Assembly: GCA_036275535.1 (NCBI GenBank)
Contig: DASUDP010000124.1
Location: 20,625 to 84,624 of the forward strand
Direction of reading: 5' to 3'
Source of the DNA: Acidimicrobiales bacterium
GTDB taxonomy: Bacteria; Actinomycetota; Acidimicrobiia; Acidimicrobiales; VFJN01
DNA: 64,000 bases
Each line of letters begins with the position of its first letter. The stretch's first letter is position 1. Positions 17,318 through 25,470 of this stretch are shown here, piece by piece. The position numbers and the translations under genes are program-made. The notes under the pieces were generated by a model. The model was not told the DNA's origin. It worked only from the letters and a program-made list of their open reading frames with translations, and did not search any database.

Positions 17318-18204
17318 TCCCCCTCCTATTGGCTCTCACGGCGGCCACCGGGGTGCACCTCCTCTACACGGCGGTGGTCCTCGGCCATCGCGAGCTCCGG
17401 ATCCCGCTCTCGGGCGACGGCGACCGAGCCACCCGGCGCGCCGCTCGGCGCAGGGACTGGCTCGTGCAGGCCGGGCTCGGACCGGGCGGGGTGCGCGACC
17501 TCGCCCTCACGATGGGCTGTCTGGCGATCGCCAGCGGGTTGGCGGCCTACGCCGTGTTCGGAGGACCGCTGCCGGCGCTGGCCACCGCAGGTTTCGCGGC
17601 GACGTTCCCCGTGGCCGCGCTGCGCACCCGACGGGCCAACCGCCGGGCGGCGGCGATGGAGGCGTGGCCACGGTTGCTCGAGGAGCTGCGCATCCTCACG
17701 TCGTCGCTCGGCCGGTCGGTCCCGCAGGCGCTGTTCGAGGTGGGCCGCCGTGCGCCACAGGACCTGCAGCCCGCCTTCCGGGCGGCGGAGCGGGAGTGGC
17801 TCCTCTCCACCGACTTCGGCCGAACCATCCGCGTCCTCAAAGCCGGGCTCGCCGATCCCACAGCCGACGCCGCCTGCGAGACCCTGCTCGTCGCCCACGA
17901 GGTCGGCGGCACGGACCTCGACCGTCGTCTCGAGGCACTCATCGACGACCGCATCCAGGACGCCCAGGGACGCAAGGACGCTCGGGCGAAGCAGGCGGGG
18001 GCACGGTTCGCCCGGCGGTTCGTGCTCATCGTGCCGGCGGGCATGGCCATGGCCGGGATGTCCGTCGGGACCGGCCGAGCCGCCTACCAGACACCGATGG
18101 GCCAGGCGCTCGTCGTCGTGGCCATCGCTCTCGTCGTGGCCTGCTGGGTGTGGGCGGGGCGGATCATGGTGGTGCCCTCCGAGGAGCGCGTGTTCGATGC
18201 GTGA
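17314..18204 (+). CDS. tadB: TadB-like pilus assembly membrane protein (T2SS F-family)
   Basis: GTG 17314 overlaps the tadA TGA. N- and C-terminal TM helices flank a cytoplasmic helical domain. This is the last 296 codons of track ORF 15712..18204, whose upstream part is a frame shadow. Confidence 0.7.
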   Translation: MIPLLLALTAATGVHLLYTAVVLGHRELRIPLSGDGDRATRRAARRRDWLVQAGLGPGGVRDLALTMGCLAIASGLAAYAVFGGPLPALATAGFAATFPVAALRTRRANRRAAAMEAWPRLLEELRILTSSLGRSVPQALFEVGRRAPQDLQPAFRAAEREWLLSTDFGRTIRVLKAGLADPTADAACETLLVAHEVGGTDLDRRLEALIDDRIQDAQGRKDARAKQAGARFARRFVLIVPAGMAMAGMSVGTGRAAYQTPMGQALVVVAIALVVACWVWAGRIMVVPSEERVFDA

Positions 18205-18225
18205 CCGAGCACGAGGCGGGGGCAC

Positions 18226-19125
18226 GTGACGCGGTGGCTCGCCGCCAGCGCCGTCGCGCTGTGGGCCGGCGCGACGCTCGTGCTGGCCGAGCTGCGGTGG
18301 TTCCGGCGCGAGCCGCTCACCCACCGTCTGCGCCCCTTCAGCCCGGGAGGGGCGGCGCCGGGCGCGGCGGGCACCGGGACATCCCTCCATGCGCTCGCCC
18401 TGCCGTTGGCCCGAGGTGTGGGCGAGGGCCTAGCCCGGCTCGTCGGGGTCGAGGAGGACGTCGCTCGCCGGTTGCGGCGCGTGCACGCTCCCTTTGATGC
18501 CGGCACCTTCCGGCTGCGCCAGCTGGCCTGGGCGGGGGCCGGCCTGGGCGGGGGCACCGTGCTGGCCGCCGCCACGCGACCTCCGATCGCCATCGCTGCG
18601 CTGTTCGTCCTCGGCGGCCCGGCCCTCGCCTTCCTCCTCGTCGAGCAGCAGCTCTCCGCCGCCTCCGCCCGCCGGCAACGGCGGATCTTCCTCGAGCTCC
18701 CTGTCCTGAGCGAGCAGCTCGGCATGCTCATCGGCGCGGGGTACTCGCTGGGCACCGCCCTCAACCGCTTGGCCAACCGCGGCACCGGCGCCTGCGCGCA
18801 AGACCTCGCCATCGTGTGCGGGAGGATCCGCCAGGGGCTCGGCGAGGTCGACGCGCTGCGAGAGTGGGCGGCTGTCGCCGACGTGAGCGCGCTCACGCGG
18901 CTGGTCGCCGTGCTGGCCCTCAACCGGGAAGCCGGCGATCTCGGCCGGCTGATCGCCGAGGAGGCCCGCAGCATCCGTCGCGACGTGCAGCGCGAGCTCA
19001 TCGAGCAGATCGAGCGCCGAGGGCAGCAGGTCTGGATCCCGGTCACCGTGGCGACGTTGGTGCCCGGTGCCGTCCTGCTCGCCATCCCCTTCATCGAGGC
19101 GCTGCGCCTCTTCTCGAGCACCTGA
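18226..19125 (+). CDS. tadC: TadC-like pilus assembly membrane protein (T2SS F-family)
   Basis: Same architecture as tadB (LPVLSEQLGMLIGAGYSLGTAL, C-terminal TM pair). GTG start at 18226. Confidence 0.7.
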   Translation: MTRWLAASAVALWAGATLVLAELRWFRREPLTHRLRPFSPGGAAPGAAGTGTSLHALALPLARGVGEGLARLVGVEEDVARRLRRVHAPFDAGTFRLRQLAWAGAGLGGGTVLAAATRPPIAIAALFVLGGPALAFLLVEQQLSAASARRQRRIFLELPVLSEQLGMLIGAGYSLGTALNRLANRGTGACAQDLAIVCGRIRQGLGEVDALREWAAVADVSALTRLVAVLALNREAGDLGRLIAEEARSIRRDVQRELIEQIERRGQQVWIPVTVATLVPGAVLLAIPFIEALRLFSST

Positions 19126-19165
19126 CACGTCCACGAACGCCCACCACCGACACCGGAGACCCACC

Positions 19166-19384
19166 ATGACCGAGCTGCTGCCCACCTACTGCTACCTCCG
19201 GGCGTGGTGCGCCACGACCCTCAGCCGCCTCCGTCACGACGACCGCGGCGAGGGGGTGATCAGCGCCGCCATCGCCGTGCTGATCATGGCGGGCATCGGC
19301 GCCCTCATGTGGGTGGGCTTCAAGGCCATCTGGCAGGACACCGAGGACAACACCAAGGACAAGGTGGCCGAGATCGGCGAATGA
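19166..19384 (+). CDS. Flp/DUF4244-like pilin candidate (72 aa)
   Basis: ATG 19166 with GGAG upstream. Charged leader ...RHDDRGEG, then a hydrophobic helix VISAAIAVLIMAGIGALMWVGF. It sits directly after tadC, where the pilin gene is expected. Confidence 0.55.
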   Translation: MTELLPTYCYLRAWCATTLSRLRHDDRGEGVISAAIAVLIMAGIGALMWVGFKAIWQDTEDNTKDKVAEIGE

Positions 19385-19388
19385 CCCC

Positions 19389-19808
19389 GTGGTCACGTCA
19401 CCGCCGGATCGCGGCGCGGGACTGATCTCCACGGCAGCCGGCATCGTCGTGTTCCTCATGTTCCTGGTGTTCGCGGTGCAGCTCCTGTACGGCCTCTACG
19501 CGTCGTCCACGGTGACCGCGGTGGCTCATGACGCCGCCCAGCGGGCCGCCACGAAGACCGCGCCGCCGCTCGCCACGATCGAGGCCGAGGCGCGAGCTCA
19601 GCTGGGTCGCGTCGGGGACGAAGCGGAGTTCACCTGGGGACAGGACGACACCGACGCCGACGGGCTCCCCGACACCGTGGTGCTGCGCGTCGTGGCAGCA
19701 CCCCCTCGGTTCGTGCCTCGGTCCCTGGGTGATGGCGTCGGGCTCGGTCCCATCGACCGGACGGTGCGGGTGCGCATCGAGGCGCCCTCGGAGCCGGCCG
19801 CACCATGA
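19389..19808 (+). CDS. TadE-like pseudopilin
   Basis: N-terminal DRGAGLISTAAGIVVFLMFLVFAVQLL, then AAQRAA, resembles the TadE N-terminal domain. GTG start at 19389. Confidence 0.6.
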   Translation: MVTSPPDRGAGLISTAAGIVVFLMFLVFAVQLLYGLYASSTVTAVAHDAAQRAATKTAPPLATIEAEARAQLGRVGDEAEFTWGQDDTDADGLPDTVVLRVVAAPPRFVPRSLGDGVGLGPIDRTVRVRIEAPSEPAAP

Positions 19809-20260
19809 GGCGGCTCCGGGGCGACGCCGGGCAGGTCGGCGGCATCGAGGCCCTGCCCTTCGGACTGCTCGTCTTCGTCCTCGGCGCCTTGCTCATCGCC
19901 AACGCCTGGGCGGTGGTCGACGCCAAGTTCGCCACCGACGCGGCAGCCCGCCAGGCTGCCCGCACGTTCGTCGAGGGCGATGAGCTGACTCGGGCACGGG
20001 CGGCGGCCGAAGCGGCCGCGCTGGCCGCCCTGGAGGCCCATGGGCGGGACCCGCAACGCGCCACCGTCGAGGCGCTGGGCCAGCTCGGTCTCGAGCGGTG
20101 CGACCGGGCCACCTTTGAGGTGAGCTACTCGGTCCCGGCCCTGTCCCTCCCGGTCATCGGCGGCTACGGCACCAGCCCGTTCCGGGTCCGGTCCACCCAC
20201 AGCGAGGTGGTCGACCCCTATCGCAGCGGGCTGCTCGGGGACGCCGGGACGTGCCCATGA
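19805..20260 (+). CDS. TadE-like pseudopilin
   Basis: GQVGGIEALPFGLLVFVLGALLIANAWAVVDAKFATDAAARQAAR. ATGA overlap with the preceding gene. Confidence 0.6.
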   Translation: MRRLRGDAGQVGGIEALPFGLLVFVLGALLIANAWAVVDAKFATDAAARQAARTFVEGDELTRARAAAEAAALAALEAHGRDPQRATVEALGQLGLERCDRATFEVSYSVPALSLPVIGGYGTSPFRVRSTHSEVVDPYRSGLLGDAGTCP

Positions 20261-20676
20261 GGAGATCGCGGGGTTCGGTCCTCATGCTCGTCCCTGCCGG
20301 ACTGCTGATCACCCTTCTCCTCGGGGGGATCGCCTTCGATCTGTCCCTGCTGTTCTTGCGCCAGCGGCAAGCCAGCAGCGTGGCCGTCGATCTCGCCAAC
20401 GACCTCGCCACCCTCGCCCTCGACGAAGGACATCTGCGAGCGACGGGCGAGTACGTGCTCGACCCCGCTCGCGCCGGCGCCCTCGCCACCGCGCTGCTCC
20501 GGGAGAGCGACGTCGCTGCTGACGCTGTGGGCCTCACGGTCCAGGTCACCGCTCCCGACTCGGTCTCGGTCACGGTCACCCTCGACGTGGACTACGTCTT
20601 CGCCAAGGCGATCCCCGGTGCCGCCGATGGCACGGAGGTCTCGGCCACGGCCTCGGCGCTCGCCGTCGCGGGGTGA
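20251..20676 (+). CDS. TadE/TadG-like pseudopilin
   Basis: RGSVLMLVPAGLLITLLLGGIAFDLSLLFLRQRQASSVAVDLANDLA. The start (20251 or 20257) overlaps the preceding gene end. Confidence 0.55.
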   Translation: MPMRRSRGSVLMLVPAGLLITLLLGGIAFDLSLLFLRQRQASSVAVDLANDLATLALDEGHLRATGEYVLDPARAGALATALLRESDVAADAVGLTVQVTAPDSVSVTVTLDVDYVFAKAIPGAADGTEVSATASALAVAG

Positions 20677-21657
20677 TCAGGGGGCGGGCAAGGTGATGAC
20701 CTGGCCGGCGAAGATCAGGTCGGGGTTGCCGGGGTCGACGAGCGCGGCCCGGTTGGCGTCGACGACCCGACGCCAGTAGCGGGAGATGGTCCGGTCATCG
20801 GCGTGACCGGTCAGGTCCACGAGCGCCTCCTCGGCGATGGACCACAGCGAGTCCCCCGGCTGTACCACCACGGTGTCGCCGGCGGCGCTCGGTCTGGAGT
20901 CCACGACAGCGGCAGGGGCGTCCGCCGGCTGGCCCGGCAGGGCAGCGGGGACCGCTGGGCTCGCCACCGGGAGCGGAGCGTGATCGACAGGTGGGGGCGC
21001 CGGCGCGGGTGCCGCGCCGACCGTTGCCGGTGAAGGCGTCGAGGCGGGGAGCGGGATCGACGTCGTAGAGGTCGGGAGCACGGGGACGGCGGTGGTGGAC
21101 GGCGCGACGATCGGCGGTGGCAACCCAGCCGTCGCCGATGATCCACCCGCCTCGGTGGGCTCCGGCTCCGAGTCGTGGGTCGTGGCCGAGGGCTCGACCC
21201 GGTGCATCGTCGCCGAACCGGACCCCACTGGCGTCGGGTCCTCGGAGCCGGGCCCCTGCTGAAGCACCCTCTCGGACGCGATGACGGAGGGGATCCCCGC
21301 GCCCGGAGCGGGGGCGGCCAACCCGGCGGTGAGGGAGAGGCCCGCCAGGCCGTAGCCCACACGCTGCAACGAGCGCGGGGAGAGCACGTCGGCGATCGAC
21401 TGCAGGGAGACCAGCGCGGTCGCTGAGGCGGCCAGTTGCAGGATCGAGGCCACGGACACCCAGACGGCCAGTCCCACCCCGACCCACCGCGCCACACCGG
21501 CCACCGCCGCGACCGGGCCCACTGCGTCGTACCACTGCACCAGCGCGTCGGCGTGAGCGGGAGGCCCCGGGACCGCCGGACCGAGCGCGACCAGCCCCCA
21601 CCCCGCAGCCACGCCGGCGCCGGCCACGAGGACCAGGGCCCGCCGGCGGCCGCTCAC
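20677..21657 (-). CDS. Membrane protein with Pro-rich linker and C-terminal LysM peptidoglycan-binding domain
   Basis: About four N-terminal TM helices and a Pro/Ala/Thr-rich spacer. LysM-like end: VVVQPGDSLWSIAEEAL...YWRRVVDANRAALVDPGNPDLIFAGQVITLP. Confidence 0.75.
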   Translation of the reverse strand: MSGRRRALVLVAGAGVAAGWGLVALGPAVPGPPAHADALVQWYDAVGPVAAVAGVARWVGVGLAVWVSVASILQLAASATALVSLQSIADVLSPRSLQRVGYGLAGLSLTAGLAAPAPGAGIPSVIASERVLQQGPGSEDPTPVGSGSATMHRVEPSATTHDSEPEPTEAGGSSATAGLPPPIVAPSTTAVPVLPTSTTSIPLPASTPSPATVGAAPAPAPPPVDHAPLPVASPAVPAALPGQPADAPAAVVDSRPSAAGDTVVVQPGDSLWSIAEEALVDLTGHADDRTISRYWRRVVDANRAALVDPGNPDLIFAGQVITLPAP

Positions 21658-22862
21658 GAGCCCGCTCCGACTGGCACCTGGGACCGAACGCCGCCATCGC
21701 CTTCGGCCACGAGAACGGTGCAGCCGGACCGCTCGGGATCTGGCACGGCCAGGAGACGCATCGCCCCCGAGACCCGGGCCCGCGCCGGAACGCGCACATC
21801 TGCCTCACCGGCCCAGGCCGGGAAGACGAACACCTCCCCAGTGGATGGTCGCAGCACCGCCGGCGTGGCGCCGCCGTCGCAGTCCCAATCGCCGAGCGCC
21901 ACGACATCACCGGTCTGGCCCACCTCGAAGCGGCTGCTGCCCGCCCGCACCGTTGTCCCGTCGACGACGACGGGGTCCGCGCATGGAGCGGTCGCCCCGG
22001 GCACCCGCACGCACAGGGCACGGGCCGAAGCGGGCGGCTGCACGGGGTCGGTGGCGGACCCCATGCGCAGCACGGCGATGCCGATCACGAGCGTGCCGGC
22101 CAGCGCTCCGACCAGCGACGCAGCCGGTCCCCGCCGGTGGCGGCCCTGCGCGGCGGTCGGCCCCGCGAGCTCCGTTGGGCGCCGGGAGGGTGAGCTGGAG
22201 TCTTGGACCCCGGAGCCCGACGGTGCGGATGGCTGGAGGCCCGCCGACGGGACGGCGGCCACGATGCTGGCGGCCAGGCGGCGCGCCGACGGGCGGCGAC
22301 TGGCCGGCTCGGCGGCCGCCTGGTCGGCGATCGTCAGCAACGAGCGGCGGGCCACGCCCGACCAACCCCGAGGCCGATGCCATCGGCGCTCCGGCAGCGG
22401 CTCGAGCTCCTCACGATCGCCGAGGAGCTCTACCAGCAACGCGCCCAGGGCAGCCACGTCGTCAGCCGGGCTCGCGGTCGTACCAGGACCGAGGCCGCAG
22501 AGCCGCACACGGTTTCCCGGCCCCACGAGGACGTGGGACGAGCTGAGCCGGCCGTGCACGGTGCCCTGGTCGTGCAGGTCGGCGACGATCGCGGCAGTCG
22601 CCGCCACGAGCTCGGCCACCTGCTCCGCCGTGGTGGGGCGCAGCAAGCTCAGTGGCCGCCCCCCATGGGCCAGGTGGAGCTCCCAGGTCGCCTCGTCCCC
22701 GGCGCTGCGGAGCACGGAGACGACGCCCGGGTGGGCGGCGCGCGCCAGCCGGGCGCCTTCCGCTCGCAGCTCGGCCACCCGGGGGCCGACCCCCCACTTC
22801 ACGATCACGGCCGCCCCGTCGTCGAGGACGAGGTCCACCCCTGCTGCCTGCGCTTCGACCAC
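21654..22862 (-). CDS. Ser/Thr-kinase-like protein with degenerate catalytic motifs (probable pseudokinase), TM helix and extracytoplasmic domain
   Basis: Kinase-fold landmarks: VIVKW, HPGVVSVL, LHDQGTVHGRLSSSHVLV, RLCGLG, DDVAALGALLVELLG. HRD is replaced by HGR, the catalytic Asn by His, DFG by GLG, and there is no Gly-rich loop. TM helix LVGALAGTLVIGIAVL. C-terminal GDWDCDGG motif. 4-nt overlap with the LysM gene. Confidence 0.65.
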   Translation of the reverse strand: MVEAQAAGVDLVLDDGAAVIVKWGVGPRVAELRAEGARLARAAHPGVVSVLRSAGDEATWELHLAHGGRPLSLLRPTTAEQVAELVAATAAIVADLHDQGTVHGRLSSSHVLVGPGNRVRLCGLGPGTTASPADDVAALGALLVELLGDREELEPLPERRWHRPRGWSGVARRSLLTIADQAAAEPASRRPSARRLAASIVAAVPSAGLQPSAPSGSGVQDSSSPSRRPTELAGPTAAQGRHRRGPAASLVGALAGTLVIGIAVLRMGSATDPVQPPASARALCVRVPGATAPCADPVVVDGTTVRAGSSRFEVGQTGDVVALGDWDCDGGATPAVLRPSTGEVFVFPAWAGEADVRVPARARVSGAMRLLAVPDPERSGCTVLVAEGDGGVRSQVPVGAGS

Positions 22863-22904
22863 CCTGAGATGGTAGGAGATACTCTGAAAGATGTCGAGAG
22901 TGGA

Positions 22905-24005
22905 TCAGTGGTGCAGACGGAGGGCGACCTCGTTGGCGAGCAACATCCCGTCCGTCGTGAGGACGAGCCGCGTCGGGTCAGTGGGGTGAGGCTCGACCAG
23001 GCCAGGCAGGGCGTCGGGGTCGAGCGCCGTTGCCGGCACGCCCTCCCGGGTGCGCAGCGAGAGCTGCAGGGACTCGAGGGCGCGCTCGTCGTCGTCGAGG
23101 CGCTCCCCCGCGGCCTCGACGGTTGCTCCTGAGGTCACCGCCTCGATGTAGCGGTCGGGGGTGCGGAGGTTCCAGAAGCGGCGGCCGTCGCGGTGGGAGT
23201 GGGCGGCGCAGCCGATGCCCTGGTACTCCCCCATCGTCCAGTAGAGGAGGTTGTGGCGACACTCGTGGCCAGGCTTCGCCCAGTTGGAGATCTCGTAGTG
23301 CTCGTAGCCGGCGCCGTCGAGGGCGGCCACGGCGGCCAGGTACTTGTCGGCCTGGTCGTCGTCGTCGGGGTGACGGGTGGGGTCGAGAGCCAGCGGCGTG
23401 CCGGCCTCCACCGTGAGGGCGTAGGCGGACACGTGGGGCGGGTCGAGCTCGACGACGTCGACCAGGGTGCGGCGCCAGTCCTCCAGGGTCTCGCCGGCGC
23501 CGCCGTAGATGACGTCGAGGTTGAACGAGTCGAAGGCGAGGGCCCGGGCCAGCTCGACGCAGCGGACCACGTTGGCGCGGTCGTGCACCCGGCCGAGGGC
23601 GGCCAGCACGTGGGCGGAGGTGGACTGCACGCCGAAGGACAGCCGGGTCACCCCGCCGGCCCGGTAGGTGGTGAGCAGCTCTTCGGTGACGTTGTCGGGG
23701 TTGCACTCGACGGTGACCTCGCAGCCCGGGGGGCGCGGGATGCGGTCGAGCACGGCGACGAGCTCGTCGCCCGGGACCATCGACGGGGTGCCGCCGCCGA
23801 CGAACACCGAGGTCGCGGGCGGCATGCCGGCGGCCACCAGCCGGTCGGCGTCGGCCCGGCAGGCGGCGAGATAGGCGTCGGTGAGGTGGTGCCGGTCGGT
23901 CCAGGTGGCGAAGGAGCAGTAGTCGCACCGGGACGCACAGAACGGGATGTGCAGGTAGACGCCGAAGGGACGAGCCGACGGTGCCGGGGGGACCGCCGCG
24001 TCCAT
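22905..24005 (-). CDS. hemW: Radical SAM heme chaperone HemW (HemN-like, oxygen-independent coproporphyrinogen oxidase family)
   Basis: YLHIPFCASRCDYCSFAT (CxxxCxxC) and a HemN_C-like C-terminus. Confidence 0.85.
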   Translation of the reverse strand: MDAAVPPAPSARPFGVYLHIPFCASRCDYCSFATWTDRHHLTDAYLAACRADADRLVAAGMPPATSVFVGGGTPSMVPGDELVAVLDRIPRPPGCEVTVECNPDNVTEELLTTYRAGGVTRLSFGVQSTSAHVLAALGRVHDRANVVRCVELARALAFDSFNLDVIYGGAGETLEDWRRTLVDVVELDPPHVSAYALTVEAGTPLALDPTRHPDDDDQADKYLAAVAALDGAGYEHYEISNWAKPGHECRHNLLYWTMGEYQGIGCAAHSHRDGRRFWNLRTPDRYIEAVTSGATVEAAGERLDDDERALESLQLSLRTREGVPATALDPDALPGLVEPHPTDPTRLVLTTDGMLLANEVALRLHH

Positions 24006-24024
24006 GGGGGCCGCCGGGAAGCGG

Positions 24025-24600
24025 CTAGGCGAGGCTCACCGTGGCCGGCTCGGCCGCGGTGAAGATGAGGCCCAGCTGGTCGAGGCGGGCCCCGACGAGC
24101 TCGGCCGTCACGTCGAGGATGGCGGCGATGGCCCGGAGGTCGTCCCGGCGCACGGTGAGCACGCGGCCGTTGAAGTCCCCTCGCTGCACCTGGATCATCC
24201 GCAGGTAGCGGGAGAGGGTCTCGGCCTGGTTCGCCTCGAGGCGGTCGATGGCGCCGAGGTCGAGCTTCACCTTCTCGTCGAGCCGCGGCGCGGGCCGGTC
24301 GAGGTCGATGATCACGTCGGCATCGCCCGGGCGGGGGCCGAAGTCCGGCCCGTCGTCACCCGGGAGGAGCTGGTCGACGGGCACCCGGTAGAAGCGGGCG
24401 AGCCGCTGGAGGCGGGGCACCGAGATGGCCCGCTCGCCGCGCTCGTAGGCACCAAGGACCGAGGCCTTGAACTCCTGCTCGGAGGCCGCCTCGACGTCTT
24501 GGAGGGACAGGCGCTTCTGCCGGCGGATGGCCCGCAGCCGAGTCCCGACCTTGCCGGCGTATGCGCCAACGTCGTCGGCGCCATCGTCGTGTTCGCTCAT
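24025..24600 (-). CDS. XRE-family HTH transcriptional regulator with C-terminal domain of unknown function
   Basis: ATG 24600 (MSEHDD...) inside track ORF 24025..25113. HTH: VGTRLRAIRRQKRLSLQDVEAASEQEFKASVLGAYERGERAISVPRLQRLARFY. Confidence 0.75.
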   Translation of the reverse strand: MSEHDDGADDVGAYAGKVGTRLRAIRRQKRLSLQDVEAASEQEFKASVLGAYERGERAISVPRLQRLARFYRVPVDQLLPGDDGPDFGPRPGDADVIIDLDRPAPRLDEKVKLDLGAIDRLEANQAETLSRYLRMIQVQRGDFNGRVLTVRRDDLRAIAAILDVTAELVGARLDQLGLIFTAAEPATVSLA

Positions 24601-24685
24601 GGTGTCCCTCCCAGGACGGCCTCGACGTCGAGACCCATCGCCCTCGCCCGGCACGGTCCCTCCCAGGCCCGTGCTATCTGTCGTC

Positions 24686-24714
24686 AATATACGCGCTTTG
24701 CGTGGTGTGGACAA
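24686..24714 (-). promoter_or_regulatory. Sigma-70-type promoter for the XRE regulator gene (TTGTCC-17 nt-TATATT)
   Basis: Minus strand reads TTGTCC (24714-24709), a 17-nt spacer, then TATATT (24691-24686), in a locally AT-richer stretch about 85 nt upstream of the ATG. Confidence 0.5.
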
Positions 24715-24761
24715 CCACCCTACGTGGCAGCCCGGATCGCGGGGAAACGCGCAGTTGGCGC

Positions 24762-25466
24762 TCAACCGGGCGGAGAGACCACCAACCCCTCGCGCAGCGC
24801 GGCCAGTAGGGCACCGGCAGTGAGGGCGGCGGTCTCCGAGCGCAGCACGTGGCCGCCCAACGCCACCCGGGGAGCGTCGAGCCGCCGCTCCGCGCCGGAC
24901 CAGCCACCCTCCGGGCCGACGGCCACCATGGGGACGTCCAGGCTCGGGGGTGCACCGTGGCGATCCGCCAGCGCCGCACCCTGCGCCACCAGGGTCAGGA
25001 GGTCGGTGACGTCCTCCACGACGGGGAGGTGGGGACGATGGCACTGCATTGCGGCGCCGGTCGCCACGGCCCGCAACCGGGCCACGGCCTTGGCCGCCTT
25101 GGCGTCCTCCCACCGCACGACCGAGCGCTCGGCCCGGAAGGGGACGATCCGATCGACGCCGAGCTCGGTGAGCTTCTGCACGACGAGCTCGGGCTTGTCA
25201 CCCTTCACGAGGGCGAAGGCGACGGTCAGCGCCGGTCTCGGCGCTGGCACCTCCTCGACGGGACCCGTCGACTCCACCGTCGCGTCGGGCCCGAAGCGGG
25301 CGGGGCGCCACCGGCCGGCGCCGTCGCCCACGGTGAGCGGATCGCCGGGCCGCAGGCGCAGCACCCGGCTCAGGTGGTGGGCGTCGTCGGATCCGAGGAC
25401 GGGCTCGTCGAGGTCGGCGACGAAGACGAGGGGTCCGGGGTGGTCCGCCGGGGACGCCTCGGGCAT
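24762..25466 (-). CDS. rsmE: 16S rRNA (uracil1498-N3)-methyltransferase RsmE
   Basis: VFVADLDEPVLGSDDAHHLSRVLRLRPGD (PUA-like N-domain), GPEGGWS and C-terminal LRSETAAL motifs. It follows dnaJ, as in the hrcA-dnaJ-rsmE operons I recall from other bacteria. Confidence 0.85.
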   Translation of the reverse strand: MPEASPADHPGPLVFVADLDEPVLGSDDAHHLSRVLRLRPGDPLTVGDGAGRWRPARFGPDATVESTGPVEEVPAPRPALTVAFALVKGDKPELVVQKLTELGVDRIVPFRAERSVVRWEDAKAAKAVARLRAVATGAAMQCHRPHLPVVEDVTDLLTLVAQGAALADRHGAPPSLDVPMVAVGPEGGWSGAERRLDAPRVALGGHVLRSETAALTAGALLAALREGLVVSPPG

Positions 25467-25470
25467 CGGT

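Noticed and set aside
15712-18204. 830-aa ORF that would fuse the CpaE-like/TadA region to TadB. The same pattern occurs in 25471..27639 (hrcA shadow + dnaJ), 61306..63948 (shadow + SBP-VWA), 53015..54208 (shadow + cysH) and 37803..39575 (antisense of the thioredoxin gene + kinase).
   Set aside because: Only the C-terminal portions have recognisable protein features. Internal GTG/ATG starts coincide with the stop of the upstream gene or with a Shine-Dalgarno, and the upstream parts are out-of-frame readings of neighbouring genes. The shorter coordinates were used.
20900-21250. Pro/Ala/Thr/Ser-rich stretch of the LysM protein, and the Pro-rich linker at about 2150-2350 in the helicase-nuclease, considered as tandem DNA repeats.
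   Set aside because: The bias is compositional only. I could not find a repeating nucleotide unit, so these are treated as disordered linkers.
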